Part shown: positions 1 to 9,748 of the stretch, one piece after another
How the letters are laid out: each line of letters starts with the position of its first letter
Numbering within the stretch: the stretch's first letter is position 1
Assembly (NCBI GenBank): GCA_045047115.1
Contig: JASFYR010000010.1
Span: 85,457-149,456, forward strand
DNA: 64,000 bases
From: Sulfurospirillum sp.
GTDB taxonomy: Bacteria > Campylobacterota > Campylobacteria > Campylobacterales > Sulfurospirillaceae
Reading direction: 5' to 3'
Program-made: the position numbers and the translations under genes
The notes under the pieces: generated by a model
Told to the model about the DNA's origin: nothing
Database searches by the model: none
What the model saw: only the letters and a program-made list of their open reading frames with translations

Positions 1-2
1 GC

Positions 3-254
3 AAATGGAGCAGATATGATTCCGACAATGGCGAACAAGAGATCAACAGCTGGAGTGTCCTGAATTTAAAAGTAAGCAAAGATTTTTACAAAGGATTTAA
101 TATCACTTTGGGAGTCGACAATCTATTTGATAAAGCTTATGCCGTATCAAATACCTATAAAGACCTAAATCTAGTAGCCGGATCAACAGGGGATGTTATG
201 CTTCTAAATGAACCTGGTCGCTACTTATACGCAAACTTATCATATAAATTTTAA
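3..254 (+). CDS. TonB-dependent receptor, C-terminal fragment (5' truncated by window)
   Basis: Own translation of frame 3: ...LGVDNLFDKAY...NEPGRYLYANLSYKF*; typical TBDR C-terminus with terminal Phe; directly upstream of exbBD-tonB. Confidence 0.9.
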   Translation, partial: KWSRYDSDNGEQEINSWSVLNLKVSKDFYKGFNITLGVDNLFDKAYAVSNTYKDLNLVAGSTGDVMLLNEPGRYLYANLSYKF

Positions 255-258
255 TCGC

Positions 259-288
259 AAAGGCTGACATACTTTATTGCCAGCCTTT
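259..288 (+). terminator. Hairpin after TBDR gene
   Basis: AAAGGCTG...CAGCCTTT inverted repeat followed by T/A run. Confidence 0.5.
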
Positions 289-306
289 TAATTAAGGACA
301 GATAAA

Positions 307-729
307 ATGGATTTACTCTTCTTAAAAGAGATGGTTGACTATGGAATAATAGGGTTTTTGGTTTTACTTAGCATCATATCTTTGACATTTTTTATAGAGA
401 GATTAATTTTTTATAAAAAAATAGATACTACAAAATACAAAAATCACAAAGTGCTCGAAAACAGACTTACAAAACACTTGACTATCATAGGTTCAATTGC
501 CTCAAATGCACCATATATTGGTCTTTTAGGCACAGTAATGGCCATCATGATAACATTTGCCACAATCGGAAACAGCGGACTTGATGCCGCAAAAATCATG
601 AGCTCCATTGCATTGGCTCTGAAGACTACTGCTGTCGGTCTGGTCGTAGCTATATGTTCTATGTTTTTTTACAATATTCTAGCAAGGTTTACAGAAACTA
701 TATTGGCAAATTACGATGAAGAAATTTGA
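307..729 (+). CDS. exbB: TonB system energizer ExbB
   Basis: IASNAPYIGLLGTV and ALKTTAVGLVVAI motifs of the MotA/TolQ/ExbB family. Confidence 0.93.
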   Translation: MDLLFLKEMVDYGIIGFLVLLSIISLTFFIERLIFYKKIDTTKYKNHKVLENRLTKHLTIIGSIASNAPYIGLLGTVMAIMITFATIGNSGLDAAKIMSSIALALKTTAVGLVVAICSMFFYNILARFTETILANYDEEI

Positions 730-1084
730 CTCTATCAATGTTGTTCCTTTTATAGACATAATGTTGGTGCTGCTGGCAATTGTTCTGACAACATCAACAT
801 TTGTAGCAAAAGGCATAATACCCCTCGAACTGCCACAAGGAAATGCTAAAAAATTGGCTAAAAACAAAAGTATTACTATCAGCATAAAAAAAGATGGCAA
901 AATATACCTTGATCAGCAAGAACTGACAAAAAAGGGACTCGAAAATCGTCTTGAACTTATGAGCAAAAAATCAATTATACTCATCAGGTGTGATAAAAAC
1001 TCAAAATTTCAATCTTTTGTTACCGTACTAGAAGAGTTAAAAAATCTAAATTATGAAAATATCTCTATAGTTACAAAAAAATAA
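716..1084 (+). CDS. exbD: TonB system protein ExbD
   Basis: INVVPFIDIMLVLL motif. Confidence 0.93.
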   Translation: MKKFDSINVVPFIDIMLVLLAIVLTTSTFVAKGIIPLELPQGNAKKLAKNKSITISIKKDGKIYLDQQELTKKGLENRLELMSKKSIILIRCDKNSKFQSFVTVLEELKNLNYENISIVTKK

Positions 1085-1086
1085 AA

Positions 1087-1776
1087 ATGCGTTGCTTTTT
1101 CTCTCTTTTTACTTCTATAATCATACATTCGTTCATATTTATAGGTTTGATTTTCTCATATCAAACTATAAAAATGCCACAAAAAAAAGAGAGGATAATA
1201 TCCATAAAAACTATCAAATTTCAAAAACCTAAACCTAAGTCTAAACCAAAACCAAAGCCTAAACCAAAGCCTAAACCAAAGCCTAAACCAAAGCCTAAAC
1301 CAAAGCCTAAACCAAAAAGAATAATAAAAAAAATTATCCATAAACCCAAGCAAATAAAAAAAGAATTAACTTCGGTAGAGCCAAAAAAAGTTTTTCCTAA
1401 AACTATAAAAAAAGATATTTCTAAAAAGACAGTAGAAAAAGTTGAGGATAATTTAACCAAATCAACTCCAACATATCAACCAAAAATTGATTTGAAAGCT
1501 AAATATTTAAAGTATAATTACAAAAAGATACTATCCTCCATCAAAGACTCAAAATTCTATCCGAGAAGAGCAAAAAAACTCCATATACAAGGAGCTGTAA
1601 AGATAAAATTTTTACTAAAAAAAGATGGCTCTGTAGTAATCGAAGAGTTAATTTCCAAAAAAAGGTTTCTCAAAAAGGCAACTAAAAAAATTATCGAGAA
1701 AGCAAGTATCTATTTTCCTAGACCACCGGAGGATTTAAGCATAAAAATAACTCTGGTATTTAAATTACAAGATTAG
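1087..1776 (+). CDS. tonB: Energy transducer TonB
   Basis: N-terminal TM helix with SxxxH, (KP)n spacer, YPRRAKKLHIQGAV C-terminal domain. Confidence 0.92.
   Translation: MRCFFSLFTSIIIHSFIFIGLIFSYQTIKMPQKKERIISIKTIKFQKPKPKSKPKPKPKPKPKPKPKPKPKPKPKPKRIIKKIIHKPKQIKKELTSVEPKKVFPKTIKKDISKKTVEKVEDNLTKSTPTYQPKIDLKAKYLKYNYKKILSSIKDSKFYPRRAKKLHIQGAVKIKFLLKKDGSVVIEELISKKRFLKKATKKIIEKASIYFPRPPEDLSIKITLVFKLQD
1249..1308 (+). repeat. Five perfect 12-bp tandem repeats AAACCAAAGCCT encoding the TonB KP spacer
   Basis: Read directly from the sequence. Confidence 0.95.
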
Positions 1777-1825
1777 AAAACTTATCTGAGTTAGCTACCA
1801 TTTTTATCAGATAAGCATCGACATT

Positions 1826-2410
1826 CTATTTTTTCTTTGGTATCACTATCTTAAGTATTCCATCTTTATACTCTGTCTTTAGATTTCCGGTATCTGCATC
1901 GCTTGGCAAACTCAAACTCCTGATAAATGTACCCTCGTACATCTCTTTTTTTATAAAATTTGGATTCTTCTGATCTTTCAAGTTTTTAGTTCTTGCCTCA
2001 ATAGTAAGCACTCCATTCTTGGTATTGATTTTGATATTGTTTTTTTCACTTCCGGGGATACTCGCACTCAACTCATATCTGTCTTTATAGCTTTTCATGT
2101 TTAAAGCAGGCGATATACTCATATCTTTATTAAAAAACTTCTTAAACTCAGGCATTGCAGCAAACTGGGAATTCATAGAGTTAAATATCTTTTGCATATT
2201 TTGCTCCATCTTTTGCATCTGCTCAAACGGATTTCCTGCAAAGATTTTATCCAAATCATCATCTTTTACGAGTGGTTGATTTAGCTGCTTAACAGGTAAA
2301 ATTTTTTGACTAACGCTTGGATTATTTGTCTTGTTAACATAGATATAATATCCCTGCAAGCCAATCACTACCATCAATAAAAAAACTATCAAATATTGTA
2401 TATTTTTCAT
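1826..2410 (-). CDS. Hsp20/alpha-crystallin protein with N-terminal membrane anchor or signal
   Basis: GGAGG SD before ATG at 2410; hydrophobic N-terminus; IPG...GVLTI...FIRSLSLP...YKDGILKIVIPK alpha-crystallin motifs. Confidence 0.88.
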   Translation of the reverse strand: MKNIQYLIVFLLMVVIGLQGYYIYVNKTNNPSVSQKILPVKQLNQPLVKDDDLDKIFAGNPFEQMQKMEQNMQKIFNSMNSQFAAMPEFKKFFNKDMSISPALNMKSYKDRYELSASIPGSEKNNIKINTKNGVLTIEARTKNLKDQKNPNFIKKEMYEGTFIRSLSLPSDADTGNLKTEYKDGILKIVIPKKK

Positions 2411-2455
2411 AATCCACCTCCTGTGAGGCTCCACATGTAGAGCCTCTTGTATCTT

Positions 2456-2881
2456 TTATTTTACAGCTATGCTTTTTGCCTTCTTGGCTTCAACTTTTTC
2501 AAGGGTTATATACAATCTTCCATCTTCAAACTTTGCATCAACTTTATCTCTGTCTATATCATCAGGTAGCGCAAAAACTCTCGAAATCTCACCAAAATAG
2601 CTACCCATCATGTAGTAATCTTCCTCTTTTACCTCCTTTTTCATCTCTCTTACAGCACTAACTCTCAAAAAGTTATCTTCTACTTTTATATCTATATCAT
2701 TTTTATCAACGCCGGGCAAATCCACCTCTATAGTAAAAGTATCACTATTTTTTTTCGCTAAATTTGCGAAAGGAAGATGGCTTGCTACATTTGTAAAAAT
2801 CTCTTTTGTCTTTTCCAGGCCACTCTCGATACTCTTTTCCAAATTTTCACCAACTTTTTTTGTGCTTTTTACTATATCCAT
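2456..2881 (-). CDS. Hsp20 family small heat-shock protein
   Basis: VDLPGV...RVFALPDD...FEDGRLYITL. Confidence 0.92.
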   Translation of the reverse strand: MDIVKSTKKVGENLEKSIESGLEKTKEIFTNVASHLPFANLAKKNSDTFTIEVDLPGVDKNDIDIKVEDNFLRVSAVREMKKEVKEEDYYMMGSYFGEISRVFALPDDIDRDKVDAKFEDGRLYITLEKVEAKKAKSIAVK

Positions 2882-2891
2882 AATATCCCCC

Positions 2892-3338
2892 TTACTTGAT
2901 CTCTATCTTTTTAGGTTTTGTGTCTATGTTTTTTTGCTTAGGTATTTTCACCTCCAAAACACCATTTTTGCTGTTTGCAACTATCTTGTCTGCATCTACA
3001 TCTTTTGGCAAAGTGAAACTTCTTACAAATTTTCCATATCTGCTCTCTATCTTGTAGTAGTCACTCTCTTTCGTCTCATTTTTGACTTTTCTCTCTCCAG
3101 ATATACTCAAAACATTGTCTTTCACATCTATAGATATATCACTTTTTTTTACCCCGGGAAGATCAACTTCGACATAGTAGGCATCATCTGCTTCCCTACT
3201 GTTTACGATGGGAGCAAAAGAGGATATACCTGCCTCATAACCCTGCTCTTCTAAGCCTTCCACAACATTGTTTAGATACTCAAAACCTCTTCTAAGTTCT
3301 CTTAATTCTCTAAACGGTTCAAATCTTGTAAGTAACAT
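2892..3338 (-). CDS. Hsp20 family small heat-shock protein
   Basis: VDLPGV...YGKFVRSFTLP...NGVLEVKIPK. Confidence 0.95.
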   Translation of the reverse strand: MLLTRFEPFRELRELRRGFEYLNNVVEGLEEQGYEAGISSFAPIVNSREADDAYYVEVDLPGVKKSDISIDVKDNVLSISGERKVKNETKESDYYKIESRYGKFVRSFTLPKDVDADKIVANSKNGVLEVKIPKQKNIDTKPKKIEIK

Positions 3339-3362
3339 TGCGAACTCCTTATATAATTTTAC

Positions 3363-3379
3363 TTAGTCTAATAGACTAA
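3363..3379. promoter_or_regulatory. HAIR-like (HspR) operator candidate
   Basis: Perfect palindrome TTAGTCTA-A-TAGACTAA between the -10 (minus-strand TAAAAT, 3391-3396) and the hsp20 start; resembles CTTGAGT-N7-ACTCAAG. Confidence 0.6.
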
Positions 3380-3413
3380 ACTTTGATGAAATTTTACCAA
3401 TAAAGGGGAAGTT

Positions 3414-3439
3414 TTTTATGCTACTTTAGTAGCATAAAA
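3414..3439. promoter_or_regulatory. Palindromic operator candidate TTTTATGCTACT-TT-AGTAGCATAAAA
   Basis: 12-bp perfect inverted repeat centred about 30 nt upstream of the hsp20 -10; no 3' U-tract on either strand, so not terminator-like. Confidence 0.5.
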
Positions 3440-3445
3440 CAAAAA

Positions 3446-4117
3446 TTATGAAGAAATTTTTAGTTTTTTGAGTAGTTTTTTCATATCTTTTATGATTATA
3501 TTTTTTCTTTTAGTCTCTATCGCACCTGAGTCTTTAAGCTCATTGATATGCCTATCCACCACATGTCTAACTGTGCCTATCAAACTGGCTATTTCGCTTC
3601 TTGAGAGATTTTGCAATAGTGTTTTTACCCCTTTTCTCGGAGGCGTTAAATTTTTAAGTATTAAGTGTATCAACCTGTCTGATGTATCATAAAGTGAAAG
3701 TTCTGTACTCAGCTCTTCCATTTTTCTCATTTGGTTTGCGATATAAGGAAAAAATATACGATTAAATGCGGGATTTGTGTCTATCCACTCTCTTACTTTT
3801 TCTATGGGCAGCCTAAGAGCTTCTCCATCTTCTATAATCTCAGTTACTACTTCATGAATTTTGCCATCGAGCAGAGTGATGGTATCAAACATATCACCCA
3901 GAGAAAGCATAAAGATAGTCTGTTCTTTTGAGTTTTCAAGACTTATCTGATAGACCTTAATGCGTCCACTTAAAAAAATATAAAAGTACTTTGTCGCATC
4001 ATAACTACTGAAAATGTATTGATTTTTTTTAAATGAGATTAGTTTTGCATATCTGTTTATCTCATTTTTTAGTGTATCGTTAAGATTCTCAAACAGTTCT
4101 ATCTTGTATTTTCTCAT
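3446..4117 (-). CDS. Crp/Fnr family transcriptional regulator
   Basis: cNMP-type domain (SGRIKVYQ...GDMFD) and HTH LSRSEIASLIGTVRHVVDR. Confidence 0.92.
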   Translation of the reverse strand: MRKYKIELFENLNDTLKNEINRYAKLISFKKNQYIFSSYDATKYFYIFLSGRIKVYQISLENSKEQTIFMLSLGDMFDTITLLDGKIHEVVTEIIEDGEALRLPIEKVREWIDTNPAFNRIFFPYIANQMRKMEELSTELSLYDTSDRLIHLILKNLTPPRKGVKTLLQNLSRSEIASLIGTVRHVVDRHINELKDSGAIETKRKNIIIKDMKKLLKKLKISS

Positions 4118-4151
4118 AATAGTATTATAGCAAAACTATGGATTGCAAGGA

Positions 4152-4173
4152 CGGTCGAGGAGATCCCTCGACC
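4152..4173 (-). terminator. Hairpin downstream of NosL-like gene
   Basis: GGTCGAGG...CCTCGACC. Confidence 0.5.
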
Positions 4174-4191
4174 AATTTTTGAAGAATGTGT

Positions 4192-4881
4192 TTATCTACC
4201 CGACAGGTATAGTGCAACAGCTTGGAAAGGCTTGCCTTTTATCTTTCCACACAAATTGTGCTCTTTTATATATGTTTTAGCAACAGCAGGATTACTAAAT
4301 CTCTTTTCTGTCATCTTGCACTTTTTATTGTATATCTTTCTGCCCATTTTTGCCATTTTTGCCTGCTTTTTCTTTATACCCATCATCTCTTTTTTAAGAT
4401 TTTTCTTTACCATTTTTTCAAGTTTTGCATACTTCATAATCTTTCCGCCAAATTTTTTGGCAAAAGCCTGAGCTGCACTTTTTGTTCCAAAAGCATACTT
4501 ACTCACCATAGACATCGTTCCTGGTTTTTTTGAACCTACGACATAAAATGCTTTTGTTGCATTTATAAACTTCAAAGTTGTATTATCAACTACTTCGGGA
4601 TCAACCGGATCACCACCGTTTTTAACCGCCTCTTCTACCATACAGTGTATAGAGCAGTATTGATGAACTTTTCCATTAACTTTTGCTGCGTGATTTGTTT
4701 TGTAAAACATAGGAAGTGTCATACCACAAACCTTACAGAACATTTTGCCTTTTCCTTTTTGTACAATCTGTGCTTTTTGCATTGGAACTGCTCTAAAGTT
4801 TTTCATTTTCATATTTTTTTGCATACCGCCTGCTGATAAAAACATAGAAAATGCCACTAAAACAAATAAGAATTTTTTCAT
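4192..4881 (-). CDS. NosL-family exported metal-binding protein
   Basis: Signal peptide, CKVCGM, YCSIHCM, AFYVVGS...GTM...AF...AQAFAKKFGG. Confidence 0.85.
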   Translation of the reverse strand: MKKFLFVLVAFSMFLSAGGMQKNMKMKNFRAVPMQKAQIVQKGKGKMFCKVCGMTLPMFYKTNHAAKVNGKVHQYCSIHCMVEEAVKNGGDPVDPEVVDNTTLKFINATKAFYVVGSKKPGTMSMVSKYAFGTKSAAQAFAKKFGGKIMKYAKLEKMVKKNLKKEMMGIKKKQAKMAKMGRKIYNKKCKMTEKRFSNPAVAKTYIKEHNLCGKIKGKPFQAVALYLSGR

Positions 4882-4916
4882 TTTTACTCTCCTTGAAATT
4901 TTTCGTAATTGTATTT

Positions 4917-4962
4917 AATATTTGTTAAATTTGTATTAATTAACACAAATTTAACAAATATT
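4917..4962. promoter_or_regulatory. 18-bp inverted repeat in the divergent nosL-like promoter
   Basis: AATATTTGTTAAATTTGT-N10-ACAAATTTAACAAATATT. Confidence 0.65.
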
Positions 4963-4977
4963 TGATAATATTTCGCC

Positions 4978-6105
4978 ATGAAAAAAATATTATTATTTAC
5001 ATTTATCATATTTCTGTCTCATCTGTTTGCTGACTTCTCAAAAGAAACTACTATAAAACCAGAACTATTTCAAGCTGGAAGTGAAAAAAAGTGGTGTCCA
5101 ATCACCGGCTTAAAGATAGCTGATTTTTACAAAACTTCATACATAGCAAAACTAAAATCAAACGGAAGATACAGACAATACAGCTCCATAAATGCGCTAG
5201 CCATTGACATGAAAGAGAGTGGCTTGGATGCAGACTCCATAAAAGCACTGGATACCCAAAAAGAAGAGTATATAAATGCCAAAAAAGCATATTTTTTGAT
5301 AAACTCAACAATCACTCCTACATTTGGCAAAAGCGCCACTCTTGCTTTTAAAAACCAAAAAGATGCGTTAAAATATAAAAAAAAATATGGAGGAGATATT
5401 GTTGATTTTCAAAAAGCTCTACATGCAGCAACCTCTGGCATAAAAGAAAACATCTCTTATATGAGAAAAATATATGAGAAAAAACTATATATCATGGGAA
5501 AGAAAATATATGAGAAAAGATGCAAAAAGATTGATTTGAGTGACTTTATAGAGATAAATGAATTAAAAGCAGAAGTCCTAAAAGACAAGTTCTGCGGAAA
5601 CTTGGATGAAAGACATTTGCAAGCGCTCGCTCTTTACCTGTGGGATGTTAAAAGAGAAGGTGGAATCAGTAACAAAACACAAAAAGTCACAGTCAATGAA
5701 GATGAAAAGTGCCCTGTTTGCGGTATGTTTGTCTACAAATACCCAAGATGGGCAGCTCAGATATTTTATAAGCACGGAAATCATCAACACCACCTCTCGT
5801 TTGATGGCGTAAAAGACATGATGAAGTTCTACTTCAACAATAAAAAATGGGGTAAATATGATTATGCTAAAAGAAAAAATATCACCAAAATACTTGTAAC
5901 AGACTATTATAAGCAGTATGCCATAGACGCAAGAGGTGCTTTTTTTGTAATTGGAAGTAATATTTATGGTCCTATGGGGAATGAACTTGTGCCTTTTTCA
6001 ACACTTCAAGAAGCTAAAAACTTTAAAAATGATCATAAAGGCACAAAAATATTGAAATTCAGTGAAATAAAGGAGAGCTTACCTTACAAACTAGATACCA
6101 AGTAA
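4978..6105 (+). CDS. Two-domain NosL-family protein
   Basis: Degenerate N-terminal NosL domain (CPITGL); canonical C-terminal domain CPVCGM...FDGVKDM...GPMGNELVPF. Confidence 0.85.
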   Translation: MKKILLFTFIIFLSHLFADFSKETTIKPELFQAGSEKKWCPITGLKIADFYKTSYIAKLKSNGRYRQYSSINALAIDMKESGLDADSIKALDTQKEEYINAKKAYFLINSTITPTFGKSATLAFKNQKDALKYKKKYGGDIVDFQKALHAATSGIKENISYMRKIYEKKLYIMGKKIYEKRCKKIDLSDFIEINELKAEVLKDKFCGNLDERHLQALALYLWDVKREGGISNKTQKVTVNEDEKCPVCGMFVYKYPRWAAQIFYKHGNHQHHLSFDGVKDMMKFYFNNKKWGKYDYAKRKNITKILVTDYYKQYAIDARGAFFVIGSNIYGPMGNELVPFSTLQEAKNFKNDHKGTKILKFSEIKESLPYKLDTK

Positions 6106-6147
6106 AAAGATTTGCTATAATGCTGATAATTTTTATAAAGGGACGCT

Positions 6148-8061
6148 ATGAATATAAAAAAATACAAACTTTCCACAATGTTCTCCATCATGTTTGCTCT
6201 GGCTTTTATAATTATCTCTACAGTTTTTTACTATTTTAGCTACACAAAACAAGCGACTTCCCTAAAAACAAATCTCAAATCTCAAGCCAGATCTATATTG
6301 GATTTTGCAGATGTTTTGCTTGACTCAAGAAATGAAAAGTTTTTCAGCGGAGAATCTTCCGAAGTCCCACAAATCATTCAAAATTCTGTATTTGATAAAT
6401 TTACAAAAATCTCTGGCGGGAAAGTATTTTTCAAAGAAGCCTCAAAAAGTCCCACAAATGCAAAAAATCTTGCAACAAAATACGAAGCCTTGACGATAGA
6501 CCAGTTTGCTGAAAATAGAAAATTAAAAGAGATAGCAAAGACAGTTAAAATTGAAGGCAAAGAGTACTATATGCTTTCAAGACCCATCATAGCCGAAAAA
6601 AGATGCAAGATGTGCCATCCAGCCTGGAAAAGCGGGGATGTCATTGCGATAGAAGATGTAAAAATTGATATGAAAGATTTTTACAGTGCATTAAAAAACA
6701 GTTTGTTTATCACTATGCTAACAGGGCTTATAAACATAGTGATTATTTTACTACTCATACAATTTATATTTAAAAGATATGTCTCAAACCGCATAAACAA
6801 ACTACTTCAAGTTATCTTCAGGGTCGAAAAAGGTAACTTTGTCATAGATGATCTACTGGAAAATGAATCTCTAAAACAAGGAAGTACCAACAATGAAATA
6901 GACAGACTCTTTAGACACTTGAAAAGAATGGTAAATGCCTTAAAACCTGTCATCTCAAATGTCATAGAAGCAAGCAAACACATGGCCTTTCAATCAAGCT
7001 ACAGCTATACAAAAATAGACGAAACAAACCAACAGGTACAACATCAAAATGGGCTTCTTGTAAATTCAAAAGACTTGCTAAACAGTGCTTTAAATGAGAA
7101 CAGTCAAATGAAGCAATCTCTTGATTCTTTACTGGATAGTTCAAGATTATCTCAAAAAATTGTTCAGCAAAGCAAAGAAGACATAGAAAATAATCTCAAA
7201 AAAGGTGAAGAAGCAGTTGAGTCAATGGACAATACATCACAAACTATCAGTGATTTAAAGATATTTTCCAATGAAGTTTCAAAAATGACCAGTGTAATCA
7301 CAGATATCGCAGACGAAACAAATCTCATTGCTTTAAATGCTGCGATAGAAGCAGCTCGCGCAGGAGAACACGGAAGAAGCTTCTCTGTTGTAGCAGATAA
7401 AATCAGAGAACTTGCTGAAGTTTCGCTGAAGAATGCAAGTGATATATCTATAGTTTTGAAAAAGATTGATCAAAAAATTGACAATGTATCAAAAAGTGCA
7501 GGAAACTCAAAAAATAGTGTTCTAAATCTTGTTGAAAACTCTCAACAGATTAACAATAGTTTTGAAAAGATAAATGAAAGCTTCCGACTAATCTCCGATT
7601 CCTTACTAGAGTTTGACAGTGATTTTACAAAAGAATCAAAAATGCTTCGAGACACAGACAGCAACCTTAACGAAGTCAAAAAATCAAGTGCGGTATTGAC
7701 AGATAATGCAGAAGAGACGAAAAAGATTATGGATTCTATATCGCATAAAAGCGCACAGCTAAAAACACTTGCTGATGGATTTGAAGTTGTGCTTAACAAC
7801 AGAACAGAAAAAAGAACCGTCCAAACGCCACCTTTAAAAGCAAAAGATGAAAAAGGCAGAGATGTTTTTGTCTTTGATTTATCTACAAATGGTGTATCTT
7901 TTTATTTTTTAAATACTCAAGATAGTCTAAACAAGGGTGAAAGAATAACCCTGTATCTTCAAGATAAACACAAAAATAGTCAAATAATAAAATGCGAAAT
8001 AATATACTTAAACAATAAAAACAGTGCAAATGTATATTTTTATGGCGCTAGAAAAATCTAA
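6148..8061 (+). CDS. Methyl-accepting chemotaxis protein with periplasmic c-heme (DUF3365-like) sensor and C-terminal PilZ domain
   Basis: Two TM helices, [40 protein letters not shown]-terminal RTEKR and DLSTNG. Confidence 0.88.
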   Translation: MNIKKYKLSTMFSIMFALAFIIISTVFYYFSYTKQATSLKTNLKSQARSILDFADVLLDSRNEKFFSGESSEVPQIIQNSVFDKFTKISGGKVFFKEASKSPTNAKNLATKYEALTIDQFAENRKLKEIAKTVKIEGKEYYMLSRPIIAEKRCKMCHPAWKSGDVIAIEDVKIDMKDFYSALKNSLFITMLTGLINIVIILLLIQFIFKRYVSNRINKLLQVIFRVEKGNFVIDDLLENESLKQGSTNNEIDRLFRHLKRMVNALKPVISNVIEASKHMAFQSSYSYTKIDETNQQVQHQNGLLVNSKDLLNSALNENSQMKQSLDSLLDSSRLSQKIVQQSKEDIENNLKKGEEAVESMDNTSQTISDLKIFSNEVSKMTSVITDIADETNLIALNAAIEAARAGEHGRSFSVVADKIRELAEVSLKNASDISIVLKKIDQKIDNVSKSAGNSKNSVLNLVENSQQINNSFEKINESFRLISDSLLEFDSDFTKESKMLRDTDSNLNEVKKSSAVLTDNAEETKKIMDSISHKSAQLKTLADGFEVVLNNRTEKRTVQTPPLKAKDEKGRDVFVFDLSTNGVSFYFLNTQDSLNKGERITLYLQDKHKNSQIIKCEIIYLNNKNSANVYFYGARKI

Positions 8062-9692
8062 TGGGGCAGTTTTATCGTAAACTCTGCTCCATTTTCTATA
8101 TTTTGCACATCTATGCTGCCTTTAAATTTACTCTCTATAACCAATCTTGACATATAAAGCCCTATGCCGGTTGATGGTGTTTTCTTTTTGCTTTTGAATG
8201 GTTTGAAGATATCATCTGCCGGTTCTATTTGAATACCGCCGGCATTATCTGAAATCTTCAGAACAATATGAGTTTTTGTATCTTTCAAGAAAATAAGGAC
8301 AGTTGGATTTTGGACTTGCCTGTTTCTGATAACATCTATCATATTTTGCAAAATTGATAAGACAACATGAGCCAAAGAGTTTGAATTTCCAAAAATTGTA
8401 ATCTTTGAATCTATCTCTTTTAGCAAATTTATTTGATTTAATTTCAACAAAGACTCTACAATTTTTAAAGCTTGATTTATAGAAATTATTGGATTAAAAG
8501 TACTATTTTGAGTTACCTTGTAAAAGTTTTGAAAATTTGTGATAGTATCAGACATAAACTGTATGATATCTTCATTTTTACTCACATCTTTTGCCAGTTC
8601 ATTGTCTTTTAGTTTTTTTCTTATATACATGCAGTTAAAATTTAGCTCTGCCAAAGGTTGCCTCCATTGATGGGCGATGATAGCTATCATCTCACCAAGA
8701 GCTGCAAATTTTGCCTGTTGTTGAAGGAGTTGGTCTTTTAGCTTCTCTTTTGTAATATCCTGTACATTTGCCACTATCGCTATGGATTCATTTTCTCCGC
8801 TTGTCCCAAAAGAGATTCTGATTGGAAAAATATGTCCATTTTTATTTACCGCCTCCATCTCTCCAACCTCACCGATTTTATCAAGATTTAACCTTTTGAG
8901 AAACTCTTTTACTCCATCATCATGTAAGATTTTATACTGCCTTGGGATTATCTTGTCAAATGCAGACTGATTGAGCATTTCTTCTTTGGTGTAGCCAAAA
9001 ATTCTCTGTGCCATTTTATTGTAGGTTCGTATTCTCAAATCTCTATCTAAAGTAATTATAGCATTTGTACTTGATTCTATGACAGCATTTGAGTAGTCTT
9101 TTTGTGCAGTCAAATCTTTTGTGTCTTGCTTTATCCTTCTATTTGCCGGCATAAAGATAAAAATAGCCTCAAAAAAAAGCGTAAAAAGCGTAAATATAAA
9201 TATAAAAAACTCAACCTGCTTTAGTTTATCAGTATTGTTTCTTGCTTCCAAAAGATATAAATTTACAGCTTTATCTAAGTCTTTTAGCATTGCATTTGAG
9301 TGTTGCAAAAGATATGTCAGGCTCCTTCCATCACGAGAATTATCAAATCTTTTTGCATGAAACAGATAAGTCTGAACTTTTTTATCAAGCAAGACAGGTC
9401 TATGAAAATACAATTGCTTAAGCTCTTCTGACATATTAGCACTTACAAGCTGTTTATGCGACTCTTCCATCTCTTTTATGATGGGCTCTAACTCTTTTAT
9501 CTTATAATATATAGAATAAAACGCTATCTTTTGGGCAAATATCTTTTGACGGCTACTTAAGTTTATCATCTTGCCATTATCTGCTTGAGAAGCTATCAAA
9601 TGGTCAAGATTAAAATATGCCAGTGTAGAAAGAAGCGCTATAAGAGAGAGAGCAAAAACATATCTCTTAGTGAAACTAATCGTCTTAATCAT
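8058..9692 (-). CDS. Sensor histidine kinase (PilJ/NarX-like periplasmic domain, PAS, HisKA, HATPase)
   Basis: [15 protein letters not shown]-box-like segment, PAS (FGYTKEEM), AHQWRQPL H-box, DNAGGI, STGIGLY. Confidence 0.9.
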   Translation of the reverse strand: MIKTISFTKRYVFALSLIALLSTLAYFNLDHLIASQADNGKMINLSSRQKIFAQKIAFYSIYYKIKELEPIIKEMEESHKQLVSANMSEELKQLYFHRPVLLDKKVQTYLFHAKRFDNSRDGRSLTYLLQHSNAMLKDLDKAVNLYLLEARNNTDKLKQVEFFIFIFTLFTLFFEAIFIFMPANRRIKQDTKDLTAQKDYSNAVIESSTNAIITLDRDLRIRTYNKMAQRIFGYTKEEMLNQSAFDKIIPRQYKILHDDGVKEFLKRLNLDKIGEVGEMEAVNKNGHIFPIRISFGTSGENESIAIVANVQDITKEKLKDQLLQQQAKFAALGEMIAIIAHQWRQPLAELNFNCMYIRKKLKDNELAKDVSKNEDIIQFMSDTITNFQNFYKVTQNSTFNPIISINQALKIVESLLKLNQINLLKEIDSKITIFGNSNSLAHVVLSILQNMIDVIRNRQVQNPTVLIFLKDTKTHIVLKISDNAGGIQIEPADDIFKPFKSKKKTPSTGIGLYMSRLVIESKFKGSIDVQNIENGAEFTIKLPH

Positions 9693-9748
9693 AAAAAATT
9701 CCTTAATAATTTTTATGTTATAATATTACCATACTAAAACAAAAGGTT

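Noticed and set aside
1..254. TBDR as a copper receptor (OprC/NosA) serving NosZ
   Set aside because: Only the last 83 residues are visible, so the substrate cannot be assigned
1156..1460. Minus-strand ORFs with (WFRL)n and (GFGL)n repeats
   Set aside because: Antisense shadows of the TonB KP-repeat DNA
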